From the NCBI RefSeq assembly GCF_001194135.2, contig NC_069005.1:3739502-3803501 (forward strand): 64,000 bases of DNA, read 5' to 3'. The stretch comes from Octopus bimaculoides (taxonomy: Eukaryota). The translations under genes and the position numbers were made by a program. The notes beneath the pieces were generated by a model that was not told the DNA's origin, made no database searches, and saw nothing but the letters and a program-made list of their open reading frames with translations. Of the stretch, positions 52,748 through 64,000 are shown one piece after another (the stretch's first letter is position 1; each line of letters opens with the position of its first letter).

Positions 52748-53284
52748 NNNNNNNNNNNNNNNNNNNNNNNNNNNNNNNNNNNNNNNNNNNNNNNNNNNNN
52801 NNNNNNNNNNNNNNNNNNNNNNNNNNNNNNNNNNNNNNNNNNNNNNNNNNNNNNNNNNNNNNNNNNNNNNNNNNNNNNNNNNNNNNNNNNNNNNNNNNNN
52901 NNNNNNNNNNNNNNNNNNNNNNNNNNNNNNNNNNNNNNNNNNNNNNNNNNNNNNNNNNNNNNNNNNNNNNNNNNNNNNNNNNNNNNNNNNNNNNNNNNNN
53001 NNNNNNNNNNNNNNNNNNNNNNNNNNNNNNNNNNNNNNNNNNNNNNNNNNNNNNNNNNNNNNNNNNNNNNNNNNNNNNNNNNNNNNNNNNNNNNNNNNNN
53101 NNNNNNNNNNNNNNNNNNNNNNNNNNNNNNNNNNNNNNNNNNNNNNNNNNNNNNNNNNNNNNNNNNNNNNNNNNNNNNNNNNNNNNNNNNNNNNNNNNNN
53201 NNNNNNNNNNNNNNNNNNNNNNNNNNNNNNNNNNNNNNNNNNNNNNNNNNNNNNNNNNNNNNNNNNNNNNNNNNNNNNNNNNNN

Positions 53285-53320
<36 letters not shown>

Positions 53321-53321
53321 C

Positions 53322-53650
53322 AGCAGGCGTGACCCTGTGGTGAGAAGCTTACTTCCCAACCACATGGTTCCAGGTTCAATCCCACTGCATGGCACCTTGG
53401 GCAAGTGCCGTCTACCATAACCTTTGATCATGTATATATTTATGTGTGTCTCATTGTGTCTGTGTTTTCCCTTCTCCCACATCGTTTGAGAACCGATGTC
53501 GGTGTGTTTATGTGCCCATAGTGGTTCGGCAGTAAAGGCTGATAGAATAAGAACCAGGCTTAGAAAGTATAAGTCCAAAGATCGGTATCTTCGACTAAAA
53601 AGCGGTGCTATATCATGGGCCCTAGGCAAATGATTCAATCAAGTAAAAGA
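53322..53650 (+). mobile_element. SINE family B, full-length
   Basis: gcaggcgtgaccctgtggtgagaagcttacttcccaaccacatggttccaggttcaatcccactgcatggcaccttgggcaagtg...cgactaaaaagcggtgct. Confidence 0.9.
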
Positions 53651-53944
53651 TTTGAATTAAAAGAGTCTGAATGATTTGGAGGTTGGCGATAATTAGGTTA
53701 TCTTCCTACGTCATGAAAGCAGCTTCGAAGTTTTGCAACATGTCGTGCGTCTGCAGTTTCGCTGGAGCATAAGATAAATACCTTGCGATATCCACTTACT
53801 ATTCATTACGTTCTGTGATCAAATTCTGGCAAGTGCTGTCTCGGCCTTTAATGTTTCTGCATTCAATAACCTAACAGTGAAGTATCCAATGAATACGATT
53901 AATCGCTTTCACTAAATTTCCTCTCATATTGATTATTATTTAGA

Positions 53945-54140
53945 TGGAAGCTGGCCTGATCGTTAGAGCGTCCGAAAAAACTACTTTGCGCTATTTCACT
54001 TGAAAACATTAACTTTGAGTTCACGCCCTGATATTGTTTGCTTTTCCTATTATACCCACAAGGTCAATCAAATACATTGGTCGATGGAATCGTATAACTC
54101 CTAACCTCAAGATTCCTGGCGTTATATCTATTATTAGAAA
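53945..54140 (+). mobile_element. SINE family A, highly degenerate
   Basis: gagctggc-like start, tcgttagagcg, tttgagttca, ctcaagattcctggc...ttagaaacgatt end. Confidence 0.5.
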
Positions 54141-55047
54141 CGATTATTTTTGTTGCCGATTAATTTTACTGTTTTTCATGCTGTTGTAGATTAACATTAG
54201 ATATCTGTTAATCCAACGTCATATGATAACCACTCCAAATTTGGTACGAGGCAAGGGTTATGTAATCCTATCTTTCATTCCCTTATTTCAGAAGTAGGGC
54301 TTATTTTTTAGGAACAAGTAGCTACTATGTTTAAGATGCCGTCCAACCACATAGAAGCGCCCTGGGTGGCTTATTATTGGTACATTAAGGAGTGGGGGAC
54401 GGAATAATGGGAAAGAAAGAGAGGCAGAGTAATTCCACCGTATAAGAGAAATGAAAAATTCTCCGTAACGCATTTAGTTACAGACCAGTTTAATATCCGA
54501 GATCAAATCGTTGTTGGGGGGGGGGGTCAAGATTTTATAAAATCCCTTGGGATTTACTAAAGAATTCCAGTCATGTATTGAATATCGATTAAATTGACTA
54601 CGAACACCCATTCAGCTAAACACTTGTATTTTTTGGCTCTGTTCCAATCTAAATGAATTATTGTTATTATTATTATTGGTGTTGTTTTCTTGGTTTTTGT
54701 TATTGCTGCTCTAAGCTATTAAATAACACCGAATATCGTTTCTGCAAATCGAATTTTCATTAATGAAATAACTGAGGCCGTTCTCTTATTTATTCAGATC
54801 TAACATCCATTAGCGTTGCCTTCATTGGCTGCATGAGATATCACAGAACGCAGACACGCAAACATGCATACATACATACACGCACATCATATATACTTAT
54901 ACGCACAAATATAAAGTAGATAGATAGATAGATAGATAGATAAACTTATGCATTAGCGAATAGAGTAAGGTGTGCATAGTTGAATCACTGTTTATGACTC
55001 CCAAGCTTCGCCACCGTATTTCGACCAGGCTCTGTTTCAGGACTTAC

Positions 55048-55065
55048 CTGACAAATAGTTCATTC
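55048..55065 (-). other. Candidate 18-nt microexon (alternative longer form 55048-55135)
   Basis: actgTGCttgtatgttttAG|gaatgaactatttgtcag|GTAAGT. Confidence 0.3.
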
Positions 55066-55410
55066 CTAAAACATACAAGCACAGTATTTCGCATATGAAG
55101 TATATTTTGGGTTGGATGAGAACAAGAACTCCAACCTGTAGAATTGTTACAAATTTTATATTAAACATGAGTTTGTCTTAGAAAGAGTACATTAATAAAG
55201 ATTATTACAACGCCGAGACTACAGAATCGTTTCAGTATCGAAATGTATTTATTGTAGAATTTGTTCTGAAGTTCAATAGGCGTCCAATTCTTCCGTAATT
55301 CTTGAAATATTGAGGCATTCAAGTACTGGTCCATCTGTAATGGTTAAACGCAAAATTGTTAGAAGATAGTAGTAATATATATCATTACAATAATTCATAT
55401 AGTAAAGTAG

Positions 55411-55448
<38 letters not shown>

Positions 55449-58122
55449 NNNNNNNNNNNNNNNNNNNNNNNNNNNNNNNNNNNNNNNNNNNNNNNNNNNN
55501 NNNNNNNNNNNNNNNNNNNNNNNNNNNNNNNNNNNNNNNNNNNNNNNNNNNNNNNNNNNNNNNNNNNNNNNNNNNNNNNNNNNNNNNNNNNNNNNNNNNN
55601 NNNNNNNNNNNNNNNNNNNNNNNNNNNNNNNNNNNNNNNNNNNNNNNNNNNNNNNNNNNNNNNNNNNNNNNNNNNNNNNNNNNNNNNNNNNNNNNNNNNN
55701 NNNNNNNNNNNNNNNNNNNNNNNNNNNNNNNNNNNNNNNNNNNNNNNNNNNNNNNNNNNNNNNNNNNNNNNNNNNNNNNNNNNNNNNNNNNNNNNNNNNN
55801 NNNNNNNNNNNNNNNNNNNNNNNNNNNNNNNNNNNNNNNNNNNNNNNNNNNNNNNNNNNNNNNNNNNNNNNNNNNNNNNNNNNNNNNNNNNNNNNNNNNN
55901 NNNNNNNNNNNNNNNNNNNNNNNNNNNNNNNNNNNNNNNNNNNNNNNNNNNNNNNNNNNNNNNNNNNNNNNNNNNNNNNNNNNNNNNNNNNNNNNNNNNN
56001 NNNNNNNNNNNNNNNNNNNNNNNNNNNNNNNNNNNNNNNNNNNNNNNNNNNNNNNNNNNNNNNNNNNNNNNNNNNNNNNNNNNNNNNNNNNNNNNNNNNN
56101 NNNNNNNNNNNNNNNNNNNNNNNNNNNNNNNNNNNNNNNNNNNNNNNNNNNNNNNNNNNNNNNNNNNNNNNNNNNNNNNNNNNNNNNNNNNNNNNNNNNN
56201 NNNNNNNNNNNNNNNNNNNNNNNNNNNNNNNNNNNNNNNNNNNNNNNNTATATATGTGTGTGTGTGTCTTAGAGTTGAATATATTTTTTATTTAAACATA
56301 ATTTTCATCGGATTACGGCCGTTTCTCAACCTATGGCAACTTCTATCTGTTTTGGTTTCCCGAGTCGTTCTTTTATCCAGGATACGTAGCTACGTTTAAC
56401 TAAATTTAAGCTTTTGTACAAGTGTCAATCACTGGCTGGAATCAAACTGTGACCTTTCTTTATACATAAGCAGGTTGTTATTATATTCACTCTGTTTAGT
56501 CATGAGCAGGTTTAAATAAATCTTACTGAGGGAACGAACAGCGAATCTGAGACACGAAATGTGAGCTGGCATACACCAAGTAATTGGGGATTTCTTTAGA
56601 AATCTCCTGGTGGTTGGAGCAGCAAAAACCTTCACAGGACAATATCCAGGGCGCTGCTCCAGAATGGCCGCATACACATGGCTTTTTATATGTGTGCGCG
56701 CGTGTGTGCGAATGTATGTGTGCTTTTGTAGTGTCATATGTTATGTACAATACACATAAAGGTTTATTTCAAATTCTATATGTGGACATAAATGTAAAAA
56801 AAAGTACTTATGTATACACATTATAATATACATACAAGCACGGCTGTATGTTTCGCATGTATACACACTAATACACGCACACGCATATCAATGTATGTAT
56901 GTATACATCTTCACGTTTATCAATATTCATCTGGAGATAGAATACCATCAAGAATCGTGTCTTCATTGATTAGTATTCAAGAAATTTTATTAGACAAGAC
57001 GCTCAGATCGCTCACAATTGATTCAAACCATTGCGTGGTTACATCCATACAAACGCACTAATCTGCTTAACACTTGGATTTTTATAGCCGAATTTGATAG
57101 CCCAATATTTTGTTTTGCTCTATCTCAATTAGCTTCAATGAAATACTAAAATACCATTAATGTATATGTGCATAAAAAAAAATAGATACGTGTATTACTT
57201 ATATAAAACATACTTTAGATATATATATATACACATATCGTGTGTGTATGTGCGCACGCGTTCATATGTACTTCTCATATGTAATATATTGAGAGAATAT
57301 GTAATGAAAGTCTATTCAGGTATATATATATATATATATATATACACGCATCTGAATATTTATATATGTACATCTATCTATCTGACTATCTCTCTGTCTG
57401 TCTCTCTCTCTATATATATATAAATTTATTCACATATATATGAATATATGTGTGTGTTCGTGTATAGGCATAAGCGTATGAATATAATTCGCATCGCTTT
57501 CTTCTGTTTCTTTAACGGCTACTTGTCTGTTGGTTTAATTTTTATAACAGAGTTGTTTGGATTTTTCGTGCGATGGCGACTTTCAACTTGATGTATGAAA
57601 AATGTTTAGTTTTCATTTTTTTAATATTCTTATTTTAAATACATATATTTTGTATGTGTGTTTCAGCTTTGAAGTTTTATATATATATATATGTCTGTGT
57701 GTGTATCTATCTTTCTAGCTATGTGTGTATTCTTATTCCACTATGTGTATGTTACATGATGGATGTTGTTTTCGTGCTCTTTGTACGTTATTATAGCTGA
57801 CTTCGGAAAAAATAATTCCTGAAGAGTGAAGTCAATCATATGCAAAGTAGTTAAATATCTGGCTCCAGATGTCTGTTAAGTTAAATAACTCAGCTTATCA
57901 CGCATGGGTTATGTCTAGCCAATACTTTATTCATTACTTTAAACCATATTGCATAGTGCATATCATATTTTCTCTCCCATCTCTTTATCATTCTTTCTTT
58001 TTGTATGTGTGCATGCCTTTTTCGATGTCTTTATATTATTCGAACCCTCCCTTGTTCTCCCTCAAATATTTTGTGGCTGCATATATTCACTACGAAAATA
58101 AATGCTCACACACATTTGCCTT

Positions 58123-58192
<70 letters not shown>

Positions 58193-58984
58193 CATTAAAC
58201 ATACACACTCACACATATTGTGTGAATGATGTACGTGTGTGCATTTGTGAATTTGTATGAAGAAAAAGGTAAGATTTCAAGAGAAATAGAATCTTGTTTA
58301 AGAGGCGATAGAATTTTTCTTCTTGCATTATATCAAATTGCACTTGAATTTAATTTGACATTGTATTCATGCGTGTAATTAAGTATTTACACTGCATGAT
58401 GATACAATATGTAGGCGAAGTGACGCCGGACCCGCAAAAAAAGAAAGAAAAAGAGGAAATCATCTTATGATGTAGGTAGCCTCGTATAGTTGAACACAAT
58501 GTCTTGTAGAAGCAGAGAGAAACGAAACAAGCTACATCGGAATATATATTTATAAACGAACTAGTGCATGAGAATGCAGTGAATGAATGAACACGCATTA
58601 ATTGGTTGAGCCAGGTGAAAAAAAGCCCATTGCTTCTATTTTATCTGTATATTTATTTACACATTATATGCTCATATATTCTCACAAAATGTAAGACTTA
58701 AAATAGCAATATTGAAAATAACAATCCGTATTAAAAACTATAATTCTTCTTTAAACAGGGCAAAGTGGTTTATCAGTGCTTGACAGATGTTATTTGTTTT
58801 CTAAACTGCATATTTATATCCTTGACAAATATCACAGACACGCACACACACATTCAAACACGCATGCGTGCGAGCACACCCACACCCACATGTGCGCCCA
58901 ATTACTAACATAAATAGGGATAATCACCTCAGAGTGTTTGATAATATTGCTCGATTTTGCGAGTTGTGTCATGCGTACAATTAC

Positions 58985-59055
58985 GTAGTCTCTGGAGTTC
59001 TATCTGGAGTGACGGTGCCTCATGGTCGGCCATATCCAACATAGTGACTGGGACT
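58985..59055 (-). CDS. Candidate coding exon (V P V T) M L D M A D H E A P S L Q I E L Q R L; partial, product unknown
   Basis: Strong acceptor gtgctctctttttcAG (59056-59057), donor ac|GTAATT (58984), one open frame, GC-elevated, two ATGs with a purine at -3. Confidence 0.4.
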
Positions 59056-59566
59056 CTGAAAAAGAGAGCACGAAGTGTTACTTTATCGCAGAATACCCTG
59101 ATATCGTATGCTATAGAATCGATATTACCGTACTTATTAATTGGAACACAGTACTGGAAAACTAAAGAAAACCATATTGGTGCATTTCAGACAATTTTGT
59201 GAATATCTTTTTATCAGTGGGTTGGAGCATAATTAAGAAATTGGTTCAGCTTCCTCAATCCGCATGAAAGAATACTGAAGATTCGTGAAATAGGTAATTC
59301 ATGTTGCAAAGCATTCGTATAGAACCCTCTCTGGGAAAATGTCGATAATTCGCTGAGGAAGATTAATGATGGGAAAATACGTTACGAGGTCTCTTCTTCC
59401 TTAACGTAAATCAAGACTTTAGGGTTTACTTCCCTGTTTTTGCTGATAGATTTAATTGTAATTGAATAATACTTCTTGGCTCACTCTATTAATTCCAAAG
59501 GGTTTTGGTTTTGTACGAGAAGTAAAATATTTGTCAGTCTTGGATTTATTTGTGAACTCCACTCAC

Positions 59567-59767
59567 CTTCGGCTTATAAAGTGTTTTCTCTTGGGTATTG
59601 GTCACGTTATAAAATAAACTATTGATTTAATCGTTTGGCATAAATTCATTTATCCTTAGTAATCGTTCATAGTCATTCACAGAGAACCCAGTATTAGCAG
59701 TGGTGCTGCAACAGCCATGTGTGAACACAAGAGATTTAGTTGAGCATTTCGACCCCGAATAGTTTGC
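59567..59767 (-). other. Candidate non-coding (5' UTR) exon upstream of 58985-59055
   Basis: Donor gaag|GTGAGT at 59566; branch-point-like gctaac plus taacAG at 59768-59769; stops in all frames. Confidence 0.3.
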
Positions 59768-60348
59768 CTGTTATTAAGGTTAGCGTGGGCAAAATTATAA
59801 TCATAGAAAATAAAAATTTGCGTTATTGAACTAAAGAAAAATGAGATACAGCCTTTAGTCTATTACACAACGTTTTATTTATGCTTTGGAAATACCAAAA
59901 ACATTCGTGACAAAAAAGAAATATTAAAATAGTTATATTAGAAAATTTCAAGAGAATTTAATAAGAAGCATCTATAAGGAGAAAAATATCAAAACATTAA
60001 CAGTAGAGTACTAAAAATAAAATATTCATAGGGAAAAAATACAGGAGGAAAAATAAGAAAAATCTGATTATTAATTCTAAGTTCAAATTGTATAAGTTGG
60101 TATAGAAATGGAAATCCGGAGGGATTTCTTTTATGAAATATTATTGATCTCCTATCAGCGGAAGGATTGAGGCGATGACAATAGAATATTATCCGCAGGG
60201 AAATTGGTCAATTCAGTTCTTTTTTTCGGGATGCTGCGAATGTCAATCGTAAGCTTATACACACTCATTTTCTCAAACCCACATACACGCATTATTTCAC
60301 ATATATATATATATGCGTGTGTGTATATATATATATATATATGTGTGC

Positions 60349-60396
<48 letters not shown>

Positions 60397-60969
60397 NNNN
60401 NNNNNNNNNNNNNNNNNNNNNNNNNNNNNNNNNNNNNNNNNNNNNNNNNNNNNNNNNNNNNNNNNNNNNNNNNNNNNNNNNNNNNNNNNNNNNNNNNNNN
60501 NNNNNNNNNNNNNNNNNNNNNNNNNNNNNNNNNNNNNNNNNNNNNNNNNNNNNNNNNNNNNNNNNNNNNNNNNNNNNNNNNNNNNNNNNNNNNNNNNNNN
60601 NNNNNNNNNNNNNNNNNNNNNNNNNNNNNNNNNNNNNNNNNNNNNNNNNNNNNNNNNNNNNNNNNNNNNNNNNNNNNNNNNNNNNNNNNNNNNNNNNNNN
60701 NNNNNNNNNNNNNNNNNNNNNNNNNNNNNNNNNNNNNNNNNNNNNNNNNNNNNNNNNNNNNNNNNNNNNNNNNNNNNNNNNNNNNNNNNNNNNNNNNNNN
60801 NNNNNNNNNNNNNNNNNNNNNNNNNNNNNNNNNNGTGTATACAACTATATATTCATTTTGACAAAGGGTATATTCACAAATATATACGCTGACATATATG
60901 TGCACATAACTATAAAAGTATATATATAGATAGACACGTGAAAGCACAATCACATGTACACATTCGCAT

Positions 60970-61008
<39 letters not shown>

Positions 61009-62199
61009 TCATTTATACACAAGTATATGTATACAAGTCAGTGTGTGTAGAAATGTATATTACATACCCATGTAAATAGACAAAAATATGTATGTATATT
61101 TATCTGTCTGCTTCTGTACATGAATATACACACGTTTGTGTGTGAGTGTGTAAGCTTTCTGTACACATTTATGTCTCTAAGAGTGTGTCAATCATAGCTG
61201 TAAGGAAGCTGTAGTCAAATTTCAGAAATCTCTCCCGCCATTACTCACGTTTTCCTACAATCTTTTTCTTTCTCTCTCTCTCCCTGTTTCTTACTATATC
61301 TCTCTTTTCCTGTCCCTCTGTTCACTCGATGTACTGCTAGTCTTCTTATTGGTTCAAGAAAGCAGTTGAAGTATTGTAGAAACTGAATACTATCTTAATT
61401 CGAACCGACAGAGTGACATAGTGTTAACATTCAACTGACCATCAAGTAATTGATAATGCTTGCGACCTTCCAATAACCTTTACTACAGTGACCTTAAAGT
61501 ATTTGGGAGATAATAATAAAAAAAAAGAAGCAAAAACTAGCTACAACTTGCCCATTCGATTATCTAGATATATGGAAGGGGGTGAGAGAGAGAGATGACG
61601 TGAATGAGATAGGAGAGTGAACGATAATTAGAAAGAGAGAAATGATAAATATTTCTGAATGAGATATGATATTTCTTGCTGAGATTATCAATGCAAAACC
61701 AGTGAATGGTGCAATGAAAGATCAGACATAAATCCGGTGACTGAATTTAAAAATGAAGCCAAATCTATTTCAAACGTTTTGTAGTTGTCTGAGAATGGCT
61801 TCTCTAAATAATAAGAAAAAGAGGAGAAACTATTCCATTTTAAAACTAAGAATTTACTGTTAAAAAATGTATGATGCTTGGCTATATCAGGTATGTGGAC
61901 ATCTTAGAATGTGCAGCCAATTCTAATTCACATCACATTCTTCCGAAGATGTCAAACAATGAAGGACTTGGTTGTAAATGTATGTAGATGGAGATATCAT
62001 GTGATCAACCAGACAATCAGACGTTATACATCGCTGGTCACAATGCACTTTGCATAGTTTTAACTGGTGAGTGATGCCACCCCGTTGGATAGTCGAGCAA
62101 ATAGTCTCATGTAAATAAGATCGAACGAGGAATAAGATCGAACCTAAGCCAAACCAAAATAATAATAATAATGATGATGTTGATGAGGACGACGATGAC

Positions 62200-62365
62200 G
62201 ATTTCAAATTTCGGCTGGGTTTTGGATAGTTCGATCACATCGATTCCAGTTTCCAACAATTACTTATTTTATTGACCTCGAACGGATGAAAGCTGCAGTC
62301 GACTTCGGCAACATTCTAATTCAGATATTAATGGCGGACGAAATGCCGTTAAGTATATTTTATGT
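62200..62365 (-). mobile_element. SINE family A, degenerate
   Basis: gacctcgaacggatgaaagctgcagtcgacttcggc...gacgaaatgccgttaag is the reverse complement of the family A core. Confidence 0.65.
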
Positions 62366-62953
62366 AACCCCAACTGGTACACACTCTTATGACGTACAAG
62401 TCATTAACAAACACATTAGTCGTTCAAATGCATTCACTTTCGTTAAATTCGAATATATTTCTGGAAATTATTCGATTACTATAGAAGAAATCAATCAAGG
62501 TTTACCAGATTCTGAAATGGTTGACAAAATTACAGTAGTAATTGAGATAAAAATATTTTTCTCGAAAACGCTTCGTGAAAAAAGTATATCAATGAAGGAA
62601 AGATAAAAATAACTTACAAACTGAAGTAACAGACAGAAAAAGTTAATCTGATGCAAACTAGGGAAAAATTAAGAAAGAAAAGACCAATATGACGTACAAT
62701 AGAAAAATACCAATCTCAGTATCAAGTAATTAAACGACTACTTTTAAATAAAACATGCAATAGGAAATTTAAGTCAAGCCTTTGAACCTACATGCCACGA
62801 GAAACCAATAAAAGATCGTTACATATATAATCAATATTCTTCCTAACAACGCCATGACAACCTCAAACATCAATAAAATAAATACAAACAATAGTCTTAC
62901 ATACTCTCAGCAAGACAGCAAGAATTTCCAAATTACATTGTACAAACCGTACC

Positions 62954-64000
62954 TATGGCTTGGAATAAATATTTGCGGCTTTGGGCACGTTTTTGCGGCG
63001 CTAGGCATGCTCGCCGGGTACAGATATACGTTGGAGCTTATTTTTGTCGCCATTGTTTCGTACTTACGTGTTCAGGTTTGTTGTTTCAGCCCCAAGTACG
63101 TTCTTATGGCAACAGTAACGCACATACTGCCTCCGTTTCGTATAAACGGGCAACGGTTAGTATTTACGGTTTGGAATAAGTAGTCGCGGCTTCGGGCACG
63201 TTTTTGCGCCGCCAGGCACGCTGTTGCGTCGGCGGCTACAGATTTACGTTGTGAAATTTAATTTTGTTGCCATTGTTTCGTACTTACGTGTTCAGGTCTG
63301 TTGTTACAGCCGCAAGTAGGTACTTAAAGCAGCAGCGACTTACATAATGCCGCAGTTCCGTATAAACGGGCATCGGCTGGTATTTATGGCTTGGAATAAA
63401 TATTTGCGGCTCTGGGCACGTTTTTCCGCCACTAGGCACACTGTTACGTCGGCGGCTACAGATTTACGTTGTGGAGCTTAATTTTTGTCGCCATTGTTTC
63501 GTACTTACGTGTTCAGGTTTGTTGTTTCAGCCCCAAGTACGTTCTTATGGCAACAGCAACGCACATACTACCTCAGTTTCGTATAAACGGGCAACGGTTA
63601 GTATTTACGGCTTGGAATACGTAGTCGCGACTTCGGGCACGTTTTTGCGCCGCCAGGCACGCTGTTGCGTCGGCGGGTACAGATATACGTTGTGAAGTTT
63701 AATTTTGTTGCCATTGTTTCGTACTTACGTGTTCAGGTTTGTTGTTACATCCGCAAGTACGTACTTATAGCAGCAGCGACTTACATAATGACGCAGTTCC
63801 GTATAAACGGGCATCGGCTAGTATTTATGGCTTGGAATAAATATTTGCGGCTTTGGGCACGTTTTTCCGCCACTATGCACGCTGTTGCGTCGGCGGCTAC
63901 AGATTTACGTTGTGGAGCTTAATTTTTGTCGCCATTGTTTCGTACTTACGTGTTCAGATTTGTTGTTACATCCGCAAGTACGTACTTATAGCAGCAGCGA
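62954..64000. repeat. Tandem satellite, 220/221-bp monomers forming a 441-bp A/B dimer; continues past the window end
   Basis: Anchor cattgtttcgtacttacgtgttcag starts at 63051, 63271, 63492, 63712 and 63933 (spacings 220, 221, 220, 221). Confidence 0.97.

Noticed and set aside
61988-62066. + strand exon candidate MEISCDQPDNQTLYIAGHNALCIVLT(G) ending at a GTGAGT donor
   Set aside because: The acceptor lacks a pyrimidine tract and there is no other support; such a site is expected by chance in 64 kb.
63051-63077. Hammerhead-like CUGAACAC...GAAAC on the minus strand of each satellite monomer (retrozyme hypothesis)
   Set aside because: G8 is replaced by C, stem II has only 2 bp, and no NUH triplet pairs into stem III. 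A cmsearch hit would reopen this.
63470-63520. Sm-site-like AAUUUUUGU, U1-like ACUUAC, minus-strand GTAAGT and TATAAA in satellite monomers (snRNA or SL-RNA array hypothesis)
   Set aside because: These are short motifs in the wrong order and spacing, with no snRNA or SL secondary structure evident.
62854-63922. ORFs within the satellite (the 441-bp dimer is a multiple of 3)
   Set aside because: Stops recur in every frame and no frame stays open across a dimer.
62954-64000. CRISPR array
   Set aside because: The whole unit repeats, there are no unique spacers, and the context is eukaryotic.

Overview
This is AT-rich eukaryotic DNA, intronic or intergenic in character. It is dense in microsatellites and has 12 N-gaps totalling 4,100 N. 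The repeat families resemble those I recall from octopus (coleoid cephalopod) genomes; that assignment is an inference. I found no complete protein-coding gene, intact tRNA or rRNA gene, or CRISPR array. Almost all ORFs in the supplied track are microsatellite or gap artefacts. Supported content: (i) about 30 copies or fragments of at least four tRNA-headed SINE-like families, called A, B, C and E here, plus an unassigned interspersed repeat D; (ii) a near full-length fossil Tigger/pogo (CENP-B family) transposase on the minus strand at ~28.5-30.0 kb; (iii) a 233-bp mariner-derived MITE with TA target duplication; (iv) decayed non-LTR retrotransposon fragments; (v) the start of a CpG-rich 220/221-bp satellite with a 441-bp dimeric higher-order repeat running off the right edge; (vi) several isolated, low-confidence exon candidates on both strands. 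The most notable observations are minimal hammerhead-ribozyme motifs in the 3' tail of a tRNA-headed SINE (core intact at 22692-22737), and the dimeric satellite carrying a CENP-B-box-like motif in alternate monomers. Family names and protein-motif matches come from recalled consensus patterns, not database searches. Repeat boundaries are approximate.
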